A DNA stretch of 64,000 nucleotides from an uncultured virus (IMG/VR IMGVR_UViG_3300044641_008909) (IMGVR_UViG_3300044641_008909), one strand, 5' to 3'; shown: positions 18,726-29,199, counted from the first letter of the stretch. Numbers and translations: made by a program. The notes: generated by a model from the letters alone, not told the origin.

Positions 18726-20003
18726 TTAAAATAGTATATTTTCTTTAATTAGTAACCAATTTTTGAAAGTCAAAGATAGTTTTGCTTCTTCTAAACTGTT
18801 GAGTAGTCGTGCAACACCAGATTGTCCAGCAGCACCAAGGGTTTTTAATCCTTCTCCGCATTTATCTGGATTGTCTATACAAAAAGAATTTAAATAATCT
18901 TTAGTATCATCTATTGCTGAAAATAAATTTTTCCAAATTTTTTCTTCCTTCAAAGTTTTATTAAGATTGCTACCTGTTAGTCCATGATTTTTTTCATAAT
19001 ATTCAAATCTTCTTATCAAGTTATTAGTTAACGATTCTTTGCTAAAATCACAACTATTGTTTGTGAATATCTCAACAATTTTTTTCAACATTTCTTCATG
19101 TTCTTCTGAACCAATTTTATTTACATTTTTTTCTTTGTGAAGGTCTTGCAGATCTCTAGATCCATAAATATATCCAAATCTATAAAGTCTTTTTAGTATT
19201 GTTAAGACAGAGAAAGGTAATTTTTTTTGTTCAATAAAACTTAATTTTTTCATTAAAATATCAATAAATTCTCTTAAATTCATTAAGAACTCTTTATCTT
19301 TGAAAGATAATACTTCCTTTTTTGGTTCTGGTTCTGGTTCTGGTTCTGGTAATTCTCCTGTTCTTGTCATTTCTCCAGTGTCTTCATCGTCTGCTGGAAG
19401 AGGAGCAGGACCAGTTGGGTCTGACATTATTGGAGGACCACCACTGCCATCTGGCGGCGTAACAATTGGCGCAGGATCTTTTGGTTTTCTTGGTTTTCTT
19501 GGTTTTTTTGGCACTTCGGCTTCTGCTTCAGCCTCTGCCTCGGCTTCAGCTTCTATTTTTTCTTTTGCAGGAACAGGTGTAAAAGTAGGAGAACTTTTTG
19601 TTGGTCCGTATTCTTTTTCTGTTGTAGTTTCTCCACTTACTGCTTTTGTAATTGCAATGTCTGAATTTTTTCTTAAATTATCTAAGATTTTATTTGCAGT
19701 AGCTTCATCTCCAGTACTTTTTACTAAGCTATTTTTAAAGGTTCTATAAGCGAAATCTAATTGATTTTTTAAAATTTCTGTTGCTTTGGTAATATCTTTA
19801 CTGCCATATCCTGATTTCCAACCATGATACAAACCGCTTAAAGCGCCACCAATACCTCCAAAAATCCCTTCATTAAGGTTTCTTGTGTTATTGATCTTCA
19901 TCGCTAATGAGATCAAATCAGTTGGACTAACTCTTTTTTCAACCAAAAAATTTACGAATTGATCGTCGATTAGCTTTTTTCTTAGTTGATGTAAATTGTG
20001 CAT
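18726..20003 (-). CDS. hypothetical (putative virion) protein with low-complexity linker
   Basis: 'NLNE-GIFGGIGG', EA and PE repeats, C-terminal 'LTFKNWLLIKE'. Confidence 0.75.
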   Translation of the reverse strand: MHNLHQLRKKLIDDQFVNFLVEKRVSPTDLISLAMKINNTRNLNEGIFGGIGGALSGLYHGWKSGYGSKDITKATEILKNQLDFAYRTFKNSLVKSTGDEATANKILDNLRKNSDIAITKAVSGETTTEKEYGPTKSSPTFTPVPAKEKIEAEAEAEAEAEAEVPKKPRKPRKPKDPAPIVTPPDGSGGPPIMSDPTGPAPLPADDEDTGEMTRTGELPEPEPEPEPKKEVLSFKDKEFLMNLREFIDILMKKLSFIEQKKLPFSVLTILKRLYRFGYIYGSRDLQDLHKEKNVNKIGSEEHEEMLKKIVEIFTNNSCDFSKESLTNNLIRRFEYYEKNHGLTGSNLNKTLKEEKIWKNLFSAIDDTKDYLNSFCIDNPDKCGEGLKTLGAAGQSGVARLLNSLEEAKLSLTFKNWLLIKENILF

Positions 20004-20037
20004 ATTTTCCTTTAGTTTCTTTAACTATATTTACTTC

Positions 20038-21408
20038 ATGAACAATATTTTTTCAAAATTAATAGATAAGCTTTTTGTTAAACCAATAACAATTAATGTT
20101 ATTGGAGATGTTATTATTGATGAATATTATCATGTTGAAGTTGACAGAATAAGTCCAGAATTTCCAATTCCAGTTCACAGTTCTAATACATCTGAACCAT
20201 ATCAGACATTATGCGGAGGTGCAGCTAATGTTGCTTATCAATTCCGCAATTTTAATGTAAAAGTTAATATTATCTCTTTGTTGAACCCTAAATCAGAACA
20301 AATTTGTTCTTCAAATGGAATAAATACTCAATATTCAATTGTTGATGAAAAAATTAACAACCCAATAAAAAGAAGATTTTACAAAGATTTTCACCCTTTA
20401 ACCAGATGGGATATTGAAAAGTCTAATTTTGGACTAAGCAATATTGACTCTTATCTTGAAGAACTCAAGATTCCAGAAGCAGATATTAATATTTTTTCAG
20501 ATTATGATAAAGGATTATTTTCAACAAATTGGCATAAAAAATATTTAAAGCAAAGTAAATCGCTCGTTGATCCCAAAAAGAATCTTAACATTTGGGAAGG
20601 ATGTTATTTATTTAAGCCTAATGCTGTTGAAGCAAAAAGATTTGTCAGCAAAGAAAAAGTTGAAGATCAGTTGAAATGGCTTCATGCATTGTTAGGATGT
20701 AATAATGTTGTTATTACAAATGCAGGGGAATGTGTAGATGCAATTGATGATAATGACAAAATATATCATGTAACACCTAGTAAAAAAGTAATAAAACCAG
20801 AAAGCGTAATTGGTGCTGGAGATGCATACATGGCATTCTTGGCAATGTCACTAGGTCTAGGCATCGATTTTTTAGAATCATTAAACATTTCGTTTGAAGC
20901 TGGGATTAATTATGTTGCTAACCGTTATAACAAACCTTTAAACCCATCAGATTTTTTTGTTGAAGATAAAGTGATTGATAATCCTGCTGTGTTAAGAAAC
21001 AGGGATTTTAGCTTAGTGTGGACTAATGGCTGCATGGATCTTACACATTATGGTCATATATCATCTTTAAAACAAGCAAAATCTTTTGGTGACAAACTCT
21101 GTGTTGGTATTAATTCAGATGAGAGTATAGCTAAATTGAAGGGTGAAAAAAGACCAATCATACCTTTGTCTCAAAGAATTGAAATGTTAAAAGCAATAAA
21201 ATATGTAGATTTTATTTTTGTTTTAGAAGAAGATTTCCCTCAAAATGCAATTGAATCAATTAAACCAAATGTTTTGGTTAAGGGTGAAGATTGGAGAGGT
21301 AAAAACATTGCTGGAGCCAATGTTGTTGATAGAATTGAATTCATTCCTTTGGTCGAAGGTCTATCAACAACTAATATTATTGATAAAATCATTCATGCTT
21401 ATGGATGA
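20038..21408 (+). CDS. hldE: bifunctional heptose-7-phosphate kinase / heptose-1-phosphate adenylyltransferase
   Basis: 'GD..IDEY', 'RISPE.PIPV', 'GGAANVA', 'SDYDKG', 'GAGD', then 'TNGC.D..H.GH', 'NSD.S...LKG..RP', 'STT.II'. Confidence 0.93.
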   Translation: MNNIFSKLIDKLFVKPITINVIGDVIIDEYYHVEVDRISPEFPIPVHSSNTSEPYQTLCGGAANVAYQFRNFNVKVNIISLLNPKSEQICSSNGINTQYSIVDEKINNPIKRRFYKDFHPLTRWDIEKSNFGLSNIDSYLEELKIPEADINIFSDYDKGLFSTNWHKKYLKQSKSLVDPKKNLNIWEGCYLFKPNAVEAKRFVSKEKVEDQLKWLHALLGCNNVVITNAGECVDAIDDNDKIYHVTPSKKVIKPESVIGAGDAYMAFLAMSLGLGIDFLESLNISFEAGINYVANRYNKPLNPSDFFVEDKVIDNPAVLRNRDFSLVWTNGCMDLTHYGHISSLKQAKSFGDKLCVGINSDESIAKLKGEKRPIIPLSQRIEMLKAIKYVDFIFVLEEDFPQNAIESIKPNVLVKGEDWRGKNIAGANVVDRIEFIPLVEGLSTTNIIDKIIHAYG

Positions 21409-21517
21409 GTTTTGCTTTAACAAATGGGCAGTAGTGAAACTGTCCAATGATTGTTGAAGTTACACCAACAAAAAAACCTAAAACAAAAGCCACTACCAAT
21501 GTGATAAATGTTTTCAT
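21389..21517 (-). CDS. small membrane protein (42 aa, not in ORF track)
   Basis: MKTFITLVVAFVLGFFVGVTSTIIG...; SD GGAGG. Confidence 0.6.
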   Translation of the reverse strand: MKTFITLVVAFVLGFFVGVTSTIIGQFHYCPFVKAKLIHKHE

Positions 21518-21545
21518 TTTTGAACCCTCCTAAATAAATAGAGAT

Positions 21546-21863
21546 ATGTTATCATTTAAAAAATATATGAATCAAATTGAAGAAGCCGCAGCTACTATTC
21601 CAGCTGTAGGAACAACTAGTGCTACTACTAAGACACCAGCATCTACCAAGCCTATAAATCCAGCTACTAGAACTGCTCTTGAAACAGCAGCAAAAGCCAA
21701 TCCAGTTGCTCTTCGTCTATTTTCTACGGGAGATCAAAAAGGCGCAATAAAAAAATTAAGAGAAGATCCTAAATTTTTAACAGCAATGGCACAGGTGACT
21801 GCTGCTAATCCTGCTGCCAACGCCGCTGCTTTAGTTAATGCTGCTTTGGGTGGAAATCCATGA
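21546..21863 (+). CDS. Ala/Thr-rich protein with capsid-targeting-like N-terminus
   Basis: MLSFKKYMNQIEE; TAAATA 5 nt before the ATG. Confidence 0.75.
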   Translation: MLSFKKYMNQIEEAAATIPAVGTTSATTKTPASTKPINPATRTALETAAKANPVALRLFSTGDQKGAIKKLREDPKFLTAMAQVTAANPAANAAALVNAALGGNP

Positions 21864-22018
21864 CTTTCAAAGACTTCTTACAACTTGATGAAAGAAATGG
21901 TCATGGTGGCAGTCGCCATAACAGCTTTACTGTATTGAGGATGAATATTCCAAAAACAGTTGGACCACATTTCCCTAAATCTCCAAAAAATATGAGAAAG
22001 AAACTCTTTAAGTTTTGA
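21860..22018 (+). CDS. small basic protein with capsid-targeting-like N-terminus (52 aa, not in ORF track)
   Basis: MTFKDFLQLDE...RKKLFKF; ATGA and TGATG overlaps at both ends. Confidence 0.7.
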   Translation: MTFKDFLQLDERNGHGGSRHNSFTVLRMNIPKTVGPHFPKSPKNMRKKLFKF

Positions 22019-22596
22019 TGGTTCTATTTCCAGAAATTAAATATCCAAAGTTCAATCTAGGTATTGTTGTCCCTCCATACAAACCATATGATGTTTTGTC
22101 ATTTCTATGTTGGTTTTCTTTTTACAAGAACATGCCAAAAGTAAATCCAGTAATTTTTGTTTCAGGAAATTCTCAAGTCGATATGGTTCCTTGGGCAAGA
22201 AAAATTGGAATTCCTGTATTTTATGTTCATTCATGTTTCAATCCAACCATTCTTACAAGAATTAATATATGGGATAGATCTTGTGCTATTGTTGTATCAA
22301 ATGTTTTTTGTATGAACAAATTTAAATTTACACGAAACATTAGAGACAAATATGTATTGATAACCAGTCCTGTTCATGATACTGATTCGGTTTCTTATGG
22401 GAAAATGGAAGAAAATAAGTGTTATGATTTAGTTCATTGGAATATTCAAAATAATTTTGAAGAAGTCAGAGATAGGATAGTAAATAGTAATAGCATCTTT
22501 TTAGGTGATAAGAGTTTAAATCAAATTAAACTTGAATCATTTTGGAATGATGCTAAGAACATAAGAACTCTTTTGGATAAGGAGGCACCGCCATGA
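22018..22596 (+). CDS. hypothetical protein
   Basis: Start coupled to the upstream stop (TGATG). Confidence 0.65.
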   Translation: MVLFPEIKYPKFNLGIVVPPYKPYDVLSFLCWFSFYKNMPKVNPVIFVSGNSQVDMVPWARKIGIPVFYVHSCFNPTILTRINIWDRSCAIVVSNVFCMNKFKFTRNIRDKYVLITSPVHDTDSVSYGKMEENKCYDLVHWNIQNNFEEVRDRIVNSNSIFLGDKSLNQIKLESFWNDAKNIRTLLDKEAPP

Positions 22597-22871
22597 AAAG
22601 ATTTGATTTTGAAACATATGGCGATGATGAGTTCGATGACGACTTTGAAGATGAAGATGAAGACGGAAACGAAAGTTTCATCGATTCTCAAATGTTAGCC
22701 ATACAGATGGAACAAAATATTCTTCTTGAGCAAGAAATTCAAACAAAATTGCTTGAGGAATCATTGAAAATTTGTAAAAGTTCTTGGTTTTGGTCGTTTA
22801 TATCATTAAAAAATAAAATGGAAAAAATTAAAATTGCTTATAATGAATTAAAAAAATTGATTCAAGATTAA
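22593..22871 (+). CDS. acidic hypothetical protein
   Basis: SD AAGGAGG; D/E-rich N-terminus. Confidence 0.7.
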   Translation: MKRFDFETYGDDEFDDDFEDEDEDGNESFIDSQMLAIQMEQNILLEQEIQTKLLEESLKICKSSWFWSFISLKNKMEKIKIAYNELKKLIQD

Positions 22872-22921
22872 GTTTTTCAAACCTTGCACTAATTTATTGA
22901 TATAGTTCAAGGGTCAATGTC

Positions 22922-23248
22922 TTGCCTACATATAATTTTGCTTGTAAAAACTGTGATAAAAACTACGAAGCACTAGCGTCTTTCGATCCAAAAGGTCGAT
23001 ACGCTAGCGTTTCATGTCCTGATTGTAATTCGAAGAAAAAGAAAAAATTAATAAATGATGCTAATATTAAGTTCGCCCAACCTAAAGACACTAGTAAATT
23101 TGATAATTTTAATTACAGGGCTGGATATAACTTGGAACAAGCTCAAGATCTAAGAAGAAAAGCAGAAAGTTCTTCCCATATGGGAACAACTCCGTATAAT
23201 CCGATTGATGATATTTCTAGTGGCAATCACTTTGGAGAGGTAAAATAA
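22922..23248 (+). CDS. FmdB-family zinc ribbon protein
   Basis: 'MPTY.F.C..C....E...........CP.C.S'. Confidence 0.85.
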   Translation: MPTYNFACKNCDKNYEALASFDPKGRYASVSCPDCNSKKKKKLINDANIKFAQPKDTSKFDNFNYRAGYNLEQAQDLRRKAESSSHMGTTPYNPIDDISSGNHFGEVK

Positions 23249-23249
23249 C

Positions 23250-25325
23250 ATGGTTAGTTTGACACAGTTTGCTAATAACAACAATCTTGATGATTATAAG
23301 AAGCTCCATGAAGAGCTTGGTTTTGAAGAATATCTTAACAGATGTTACAGTAATCCAAAATTAGCTCGTAATTCTCATCAAAGAATTTACGACATGATCA
23401 CTTCATTCGGAACAGAAGAAATTGACAAGTATCGCAAGAAGATCGTAACCTATAAATTTTTTGAAAATCATGAAGAAATTAAAGTTTTTGGTATCGAAGA
23501 TCAGCTTGAGTCTTTGGTTGCTCATTTCAAGGGTGCCGCAGGACATTACGGTCCAGAAAAAAGAATCCTTCTTCTATGCGGACCTGTAGGTTCTGCTAAG
23601 TCTACTATTTGCCGATTAATCAAGCGTAATATGGAAGATTATTCCAAGACTGAAAATGGCGCTTGGTATTCCTACAAGTGGGTCAATCTGCCAACAGGAC
23701 AAAATGGCTTCTACACAAGCGACACTTGTGAATGCCCAATGAACGAAGATCCAATCAAACTTCTTCCTCTTGCAGTAAGAAAGCAAGTACTTGAGGAATT
23801 GAATAAGATTCATAGGGATAATGCTGATCCATCACAAAGAACAACTCTCTACAGCCTCAATGTAGAAGGTGAAATTAATCCAAAATGTAAGTTTTTCTTT
23901 GACAAATTGCTCAAGATGTACAATGGAGATTGGGTTAAAGTTGTAAATAACCACATTGTTGTTGTCAGAAAACAATATTCTGAAGCAGATAGAGTTGGTA
24001 TTGCTTCTTTCCAGCCTAAAGATGAAAAGAATCAAGATAGCACAGAACTTACTGGTGATATCAATTTTGCTCTACTTCCAACATTTGGAAGTGATTCTGA
24101 TCCAAGAACATTTAATTTCGATGGTGAATTCTGCGTTGCAAATCGTGGAGTTATCGAATTTATTGAAATGCTAAAGCTTGAAACAGCTTTCTTGTACGAT
24201 CTTCTTGGAGCATCACAAGAAAAGTCAATTAAGCCTAAAAAGTTTTCTCAGATTAGCATTGATGAAGCTATCATCGGACATACCAATATTCCTGAATACG
24301 AAAAGTTAAAGAACAATCAGTACATGGAAGCTTTGAAGGACAGAACTGTAAGAATCGAAATTCCTTATCTCCTAGAATGGAGCAAGGAACTCAAAGTATT
24401 AGAACAAGATTATAATTCAAATAAGATCAAGCAGCATATCGCTCCTCACACATTACAGATTGCTGCACTGTTTTCAGTCCTTACAAGGCTTGAAGATGAC
24501 AAGGACAATAAGATCACTTTGACAGAAAAAGCAGACCTCTATGATGGAAAGATGTTGCCCGGATGGACAATTGATAGAGTTAGAGAGATTAAGGATAAGA
24601 ACCCAAATGAAGGTATGACTGGCATGTCTGCAAGATATGTACAGGACAAGATTTCTTCTACCTTATCAAGCAGACATGATTATATTAATCCATTCATGGT
24701 GCTGAATGCTTTGAAGAGTGGACTTGAGAATCATTCTCTTATTTCTAACAAAGATTTGGTACGCAAGTATCAAAACTGCATTACTCTTGCAACTAAGAAG
24801 CTTGATGACATTCTTAAGAACGAAGTTCAAAAGGCTCTTGTGGGAGATGAAGAGGCAATTGTCAGGCTTTGTGCAAATTATATCGACAATTTGATGGCTT
24901 ACATCAATAAAGCAAGAATTACCAATAAGATTACTGGACGAGAAGAAAGTCCAGATGAAAAGCTAATGCGATCTATTGAGAGCAAGATTGATGTTCCAGA
25001 ATCTACTTGTGATGATTTCCGGCGTATGATTGCAGCCTTTATTGGCGATCTTGCAGTAAAAGGTAAGACTTTCAGATGGGATAGCAACCCTCTTCTCAAG
25101 AAAGCTTTGGAATCAAAGTTGTTTGAGGATACAAAAGATCACATTAAATTGAGTGCATTTTCATCTGGAGCAACAACAGTTGACCCAGATGTTCAAAAGA
25201 AGATTGATGCGGTCAAGCAAAGACTTGTTGAAAAATATGGTTATAATGAGCAGAGCGCAACAGATGTGCTTGATTATGTAAGCAGTATTTTTGCAAGAGG
25301 CGATTTAGCAGAAGACCTATTCTAA
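23250..25325 (+). CDS. prkA: PrkA/YeaG-family AAA+ 'serine protein kinase'
   Basis: 'LLCGPVGSAKST', 'CPMNEDP', 'PKDEKNQDSTELTGD', 'DPR.F.FDGE...ANRG..EF.EMLK', 'EG..G.S.R'. Confidence 0.96.
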   Translation: MVSLTQFANNNNLDDYKKLHEELGFEEYLNRCYSNPKLARNSHQRIYDMITSFGTEEIDKYRKKIVTYKFFENHEEIKVFGIEDQLESLVAHFKGAAGHYGPEKRILLLCGPVGSAKSTICRLIKRNMEDYSKTENGAWYSYKWVNLPTGQNGFYTSDTCECPMNEDPIKLLPLAVRKQVLEELNKIHRDNADPSQRTTLYSLNVEGEINPKCKFFFDKLLKMYNGDWVKVVNNHIVVVRKQYSEADRVGIASFQPKDEKNQDSTELTGDINFALLPTFGSDSDPRTFNFDGEFCVANRGVIEFIEMLKLETAFLYDLLGASQEKSIKPKKFSQISIDEAIIGHTNIPEYEKLKNNQYMEALKDRTVRIEIPYLLEWSKELKVLEQDYNSNKIKQHIAPHTLQIAALFSVLTRLEDDKDNKITLTEKADLYDGKMLPGWTIDRVREIKDKNPNEGMTGMSARYVQDKISSTLSSRHDYINPFMVLNALKSGLENHSLISNKDLVRKYQNCITLATKKLDDILKNEVQKALVGDEEAIVRLCANYIDNLMAYINKARITNKITGREESPDEKLMRSIESKIDVPESTCDDFRRMIAAFIGDLAVKGKTFRWDSNPLLKKALESKLFEDTKDHIKLSAFSSGATTVDPDVQKKIDAVKQRLVEKYGYNEQSATDVLDYVSSIFARGDLAEDLF

Positions 25326-25340
25326 TTTAAGGGGACATCA

Positions 25341-26531
25341 ATGCCAAGAAGGATTGATTCCGACCATAAAGACTTTAGAGATATTGTCAGCGGTAGAATC
25401 AGAAAAAACTTGAAGAAGTTTATCAAGAGTGGCGAAGTATTTCGCCACCGTGGTAAAAACGGTAAAGTTTCAATCAAAATACCATCAATTGACATTCCTC
25501 ATTTTCTTCATGGTAGGAATCCTAATGGTGTTGGGCGTGGAGATGGCAAAGATGGCGACACCATCGGTAAAGATGGTGGACCAAAAGGAAATGGTAATGG
25601 TGCTGGACAAGATGAAAGCGAAGGCATCATCGTCCAGCTAGACATGGAAGACATTCTTCATTTCATGAAAGAAGAACTCAGTCTTCCTGATATCAAACCA
25701 AAAGAAAATGCCAATCTTGAAGATGTAAAAATCAAATATAATAACATTTCTCTTGTTGGTCCAGAATCTCTTCGTCACACTCGCAGAACAATGCTTCAGG
25801 CTTTGAAACGTCTTTGTGGCACTGGCGAAATCAACGAAATGTACGAAATTCCCGGCTTTAAAGATAAAGTCAGGATGATTAATCCTATTAATAGTGACAA
25901 AAGGTACAGACAATATAACGAAATTGTCTTTCCTTCAAGCAACGCAGTTGTTATCTTTGCTAGAGATGCTAGCGGATCAATGGATGATAATAAAGTTTCT
26001 GTTGTGTCTGATATGGCTTATTGGATCGACACTTATATCAGAAGTTTTTATCAAAGAGTCGAAAGACTTTATGTTTGGCATGACGTTGCTGCTCACGAAG
26101 TAGATGCAAAGGACTTCTATAGGATAAGAAACGGTGGCGGCACCACATGTTCTACAGCTTTAGATCTAGTTGCAAAACAATTTGAGAATAGATTTCCTCC
26201 TAACAATTGGAACATCTATTTCTTTTATTTCACAGATGGTGAAAATTATGATAATGATAATGAAAAGTTTGTGTCTCTGCTGAAAAAGGAATTTCCTCAA
26301 AATATAGTCAACTTGGCTTCTATAACACAAATTGGTTCGTACACTTATAAAGGAACTGTTGCAGAAGCAGTGGAAAAAGAAATTATAGAAGGAACATTAG
26401 GAGATAATGTGATTGTCACAGAAATTCCGCATGGTGTTCTTAAGGATGAAGAAAAACGGAACGAAGCAATACTAGGTGCTATTAGAGAAATTCTTGGAAA
26501 TCCGTTCACAAGTGCGGATAGGACATTTTAA
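25341..26531 (+). CDS. yeaH: YeaH/YhbH (DUF444) vWA-domain protein
   Basis: Gly-rich linker, 'EL.LP', 'D.RY', 'SNAV......DASGSM', 'GGT..S', 'WNIY...TDGEN'. Confidence 0.93.
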   Translation: MPRRIDSDHKDFRDIVSGRIRKNLKKFIKSGEVFRHRGKNGKVSIKIPSIDIPHFLHGRNPNGVGRGDGKDGDTIGKDGGPKGNGNGAGQDESEGIIVQLDMEDILHFMKEELSLPDIKPKENANLEDVKIKYNNISLVGPESLRHTRRTMLQALKRLCGTGEINEMYEIPGFKDKVRMINPINSDKRYRQYNEIVFPSSNAVVIFARDASGSMDDNKVSVVSDMAYWIDTYIRSFYQRVERLYVWHDVAAHEVDAKDFYRIRNGGGTTCSTALDLVAKQFENRFPPNNWNIYFFYFTDGENYDNDNEKFVSLLKKEFPQNIVNLASITQIGSYTYKGTVAEAVEKEIIEGTLGDNVIVTEIPHGVLKDEEKRNEAILGAIREILGNPFTSADRTF

Positions 26532-26533
26532 AA

Positions 26534-28129
26534 ATGAGTGATAAATTCTTATTTGGTTCACCTGTTCTGTTTGGATCAGCAACCACCCCCGGTGTGCCAA
26601 TTCCAGAAGAACTACAGAAACATATCCCTACCATTTTTAAAGCTTGTAAAGATTTTGGTCTTGATTTTTATCCAACCATTGTACAAATGCTTTCTCATGA
26701 TGAAATGAGTGAAGTTGCAAGCTATGGTGGATTTGCAGTAAGATATCCACATTGGAAGTTTGGCGCTGAATACGAAGAAATGCAACGTGGTTATCTGCAC
26801 GGCAACCATAGAATATATGAAATGGTTATCAACTGTAATCCATCATATCTATATTGTCTAAATTCAAACACAATTCTTGATAATATTACGGTTATTGCTC
26901 ATGCTCTTGGGCATGTTCATTTCTTCAAGAATAACATTCATTTTTCTAGAACTAATACGAATGCTCATAATGAACTTGCCAACAATGGATCTAATGTAAG
27001 AAAATACATGTCTCGATATGGAAGAGAAACTGTTACAGAATTTATTGATAATTTAATGCGTCTTGAAACACTTGTCGATCCAATGAATATTTGGAAAGAA
27101 AGAAAAGCTAAAGAAGTTGTAATCACAGATAAAAGAGAATACTCTTTCCCAAGAAGAATTAAAACAAAAAATGATTACATGGAAGACTGGATCAATACAA
27201 AAGAATTTATTAATGCTCAAAATACAAAAATTGAAGAACGAGAAATATTAAATGATCTGAATATGATGGCTAACCCAGAATCTGATGTATTTGGGTATAT
27301 TAAAGAAAACGCACCATTCAAACCTTGGCAACGAGATATTGCAGAAATTCTTTACAACGAAGCAATTTATTTTAGCCCACAAGGTAAAACTAAAGTATGC
27401 AACGAAGGTCTAGCCTCATGGACAGACTACAATATTATTGCTAAACAAGGCTATTGCAGCCTTGGACAAGAAGCAGAAGACGCTGGGATTGTTGAATATT
27501 CAATTCATAAAGCAGGTGTGCTTGGAGGCAAATATAGCACCAATCCATATAAACTTGGCTTTACTCTTTTGATGGATATTGAAGAAAGATGGAACAAAGG
27601 CAGATTCGGAAGCGAATATGAATCTTGCACAGATCCATTACTTAAAGAAAATTGGGATCAAAAATTAGGATTAGGTAAAGAAAAGGTGTTTGAAGTTTGC
27701 AAAAACTATGATGATTTTCAGTTAATTAATGAATTCTTTACTAAAGATTTTTGTGAAAAGAATGAGTTCTTTGAATATAAAAGATATCCAACTGGTGAAG
27801 TTAAGATTGAAAGTCATGATTACAAGAAGATTAAAAAGAATCTTCTTAAGAAACATATCAATAGAGGATTGCCAAACATTAAATTAGTTGAACCTAATTT
27901 TAAAGGGAATATTTTCTTTATACAACATTATTCTGATGGTTTAGAATTGTATAAACCATATGCTTATGAAGTAATTAAATCTATTTGCCTTTTAATGAGA
28001 CAACCTGTAGCATTGCAAACAATCAATCACAATAATGATGAAGTGTTTTATTATTGTCAAGATATGAATGGTGACTATTCGCTTGCTGATCCCAAGACGA
28101 TTAGTAGGGAGCAATTGATGCGGCTATGA
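26534..28129 (+). CDS. spoVR: SpoVR/YcgB family protein
   Basis: 'RYPHW.FG', 'IYEMVIN.NP', 'AHA.GH..FFKNN..F', 'YF.PQ..TK..NEG.AS', 'NPYKLG'. Confidence 0.95.
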   Translation: MSDKFLFGSPVLFGSATTPGVPIPEELQKHIPTIFKACKDFGLDFYPTIVQMLSHDEMSEVASYGGFAVRYPHWKFGAEYEEMQRGYLHGNHRIYEMVINCNPSYLYCLNSNTILDNITVIAHALGHVHFFKNNIHFSRTNTNAHNELANNGSNVRKYMSRYGRETVTEFIDNLMRLETLVDPMNIWKERKAKEVVITDKREYSFPRRIKTKNDYMEDWINTKEFINAQNTKIEEREILNDLNMMANPESDVFGYIKENAPFKPWQRDIAEILYNEAIYFSPQGKTKVCNEGLASWTDYNIIAKQGYCSLGQEAEDAGIVEYSIHKAGVLGGKYSTNPYKLGFTLLMDIEERWNKGRFGSEYESCTDPLLKENWDQKLGLGKEKVFEVCKNYDDFQLINEFFTKDFCEKNEFFEYKRYPTGEVKIESHDYKKIKKNLLKKHINRGLPNIKLVEPNFKGNIFFIQHYSDGLELYKPYAYEVIKSICLLMRQPVALQTINHNNDEVFYYCQDMNGDYSLADPKTISREQLMRL

Positions 28130-28866
28130 GTCAACCAGCTTTAAGATTCGTTTTTCAAAATGCACCCGGCTTACCATTCGGTAAATGGTATTCTAAATTT
28201 GATAACAGTCTGGAAGATAAAAATGTTAAAATATTTTTATTCGGAGACAGATCTCTTGCTAATACATGTTTTTTAAAGTCTATTATTCAAAAAAGATGTT
28301 TTTTTAATGTGTTTTGTGATGAAGAATTAATCAAAAATATTGATTATGTAAACAATTATATTAAAAAATATTGTGAAAGCATGTTGGTCAAAGGTGCTTT
28401 TTCAGAGTCTCCATTGAAATTTGATACTGATACTGATTTGGTTCTAAGAAATTATGAGAAAATTAATTTAAAAGAATTTTTTAAAGATGAGTGGCATTTT
28501 TATTACACAAACAAATCGCCACACTACTATAGACTTAGTGACCAATATGGCAATATGCCATTTGGTTATATATGGTCATTTTTCTTCACAGAAGATGAAA
28601 CAGAAACATTAGTTCTTGATGATTATGTTCTAGAAAATAAACATATGTTTCAACATAGCATGAAGCTTACAACAGAACTTGAACCTGAAAAAAAATATAA
28701 AATAATATTCTGGGATATGAACAAATATAAATTTGATATTAACAAAATCATGGGCGCTGTTAAAGAAAACGGCTTGCTATTGGTAAGAAATGGTGACTTT
28801 GAAGTTCCTAATATGATTGGTTGGCGGGATGTAAGAAATCGCATGCTTGGAGTGGTAAAGGTTTAA
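28126..28866 (+). CDS. hypothetical protein
   Basis: 246-aa ORF with an ATGA overlap. Confidence 0.7.
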   Translation: MSQPALRFVFQNAPGLPFGKWYSKFDNSLEDKNVKIFLFGDRSLANTCFLKSIIQKRCFFNVFCDEELIKNIDYVNNYIKKYCESMLVKGAFSESPLKFDTDTDLVLRNYEKINLKEFFKDEWHFYYTNKSPHYYRLSDQYGNMPFGYIWSFFFTEDETETLVLDDYVLENKHMFQHSMKLTTELEPEKKYKIIFWDMNKYKFDINKIMGAVKENGLLLVRNGDFEVPNMIGWRDVRNRMLGVVKV

Positions 28867-28868
28867 AA

Positions 28869-28979
28869 ATGTTAAACGAAACAATTGAATATTTTGCATT
28901 TTTAAATTTGACTTTTATGTTTATTATGTTTATGGTATACTTTAGTGTACTTGATAGGAAAGATGATTATTATGAATGA
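28869..28979 (+). CDS. small membrane protein (36 aa, not in ORF track)
   Basis: MLNETIEYFAFLNLTFMFIMFMVYFSVLDRKDDYYE; fills the gap in the operon. Confidence 0.5.
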   Translation: MLNETIEYFAFLNLTFMFIMFMVYFSVLDRKDDYYE

Positions 28980-29199
28980 TACTCAAGACATTTCTATTTT
29001 GATTAAACAAAGTCCTCTTGAAATGTTTAATCAAATACAACATCTCAAAAAACACAACGAAGAACTTCAATCTATTGATTCTTTACAACAAATGACAATC
29101 GAAAGATTGAATAAAGAAGTTCATCGTCTTCGTGAATCTTTGTTCTTATTAGAAGATCAATACAAAAGAAGTCTGGTACAAAACACCTCCATTTGTTAA
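28972..29199 (+). CDS. coiled-coil hypothetical protein
   Basis: Heptad-rich ORF. Confidence 0.6.
   Translation: MNDTQDISILIKQSPLEMFNQIQHLKKHNEELQSIDSLQQMTIERLNKEVHRLRESLFLLEDQYKRSLVQNTSIC

Noticed and set aside
19300..19749. Plus-strand 149-aa ORF with GS/AS repeats, and similar shadow ORFs (e.g. 2079-2480, 44030-44476, 53746-54186, 62743-63243)
   Set aside because: They are antisense shadows of better-supported genes; the microsatellite-like tracts encode EA/PE linkers on the other strand.
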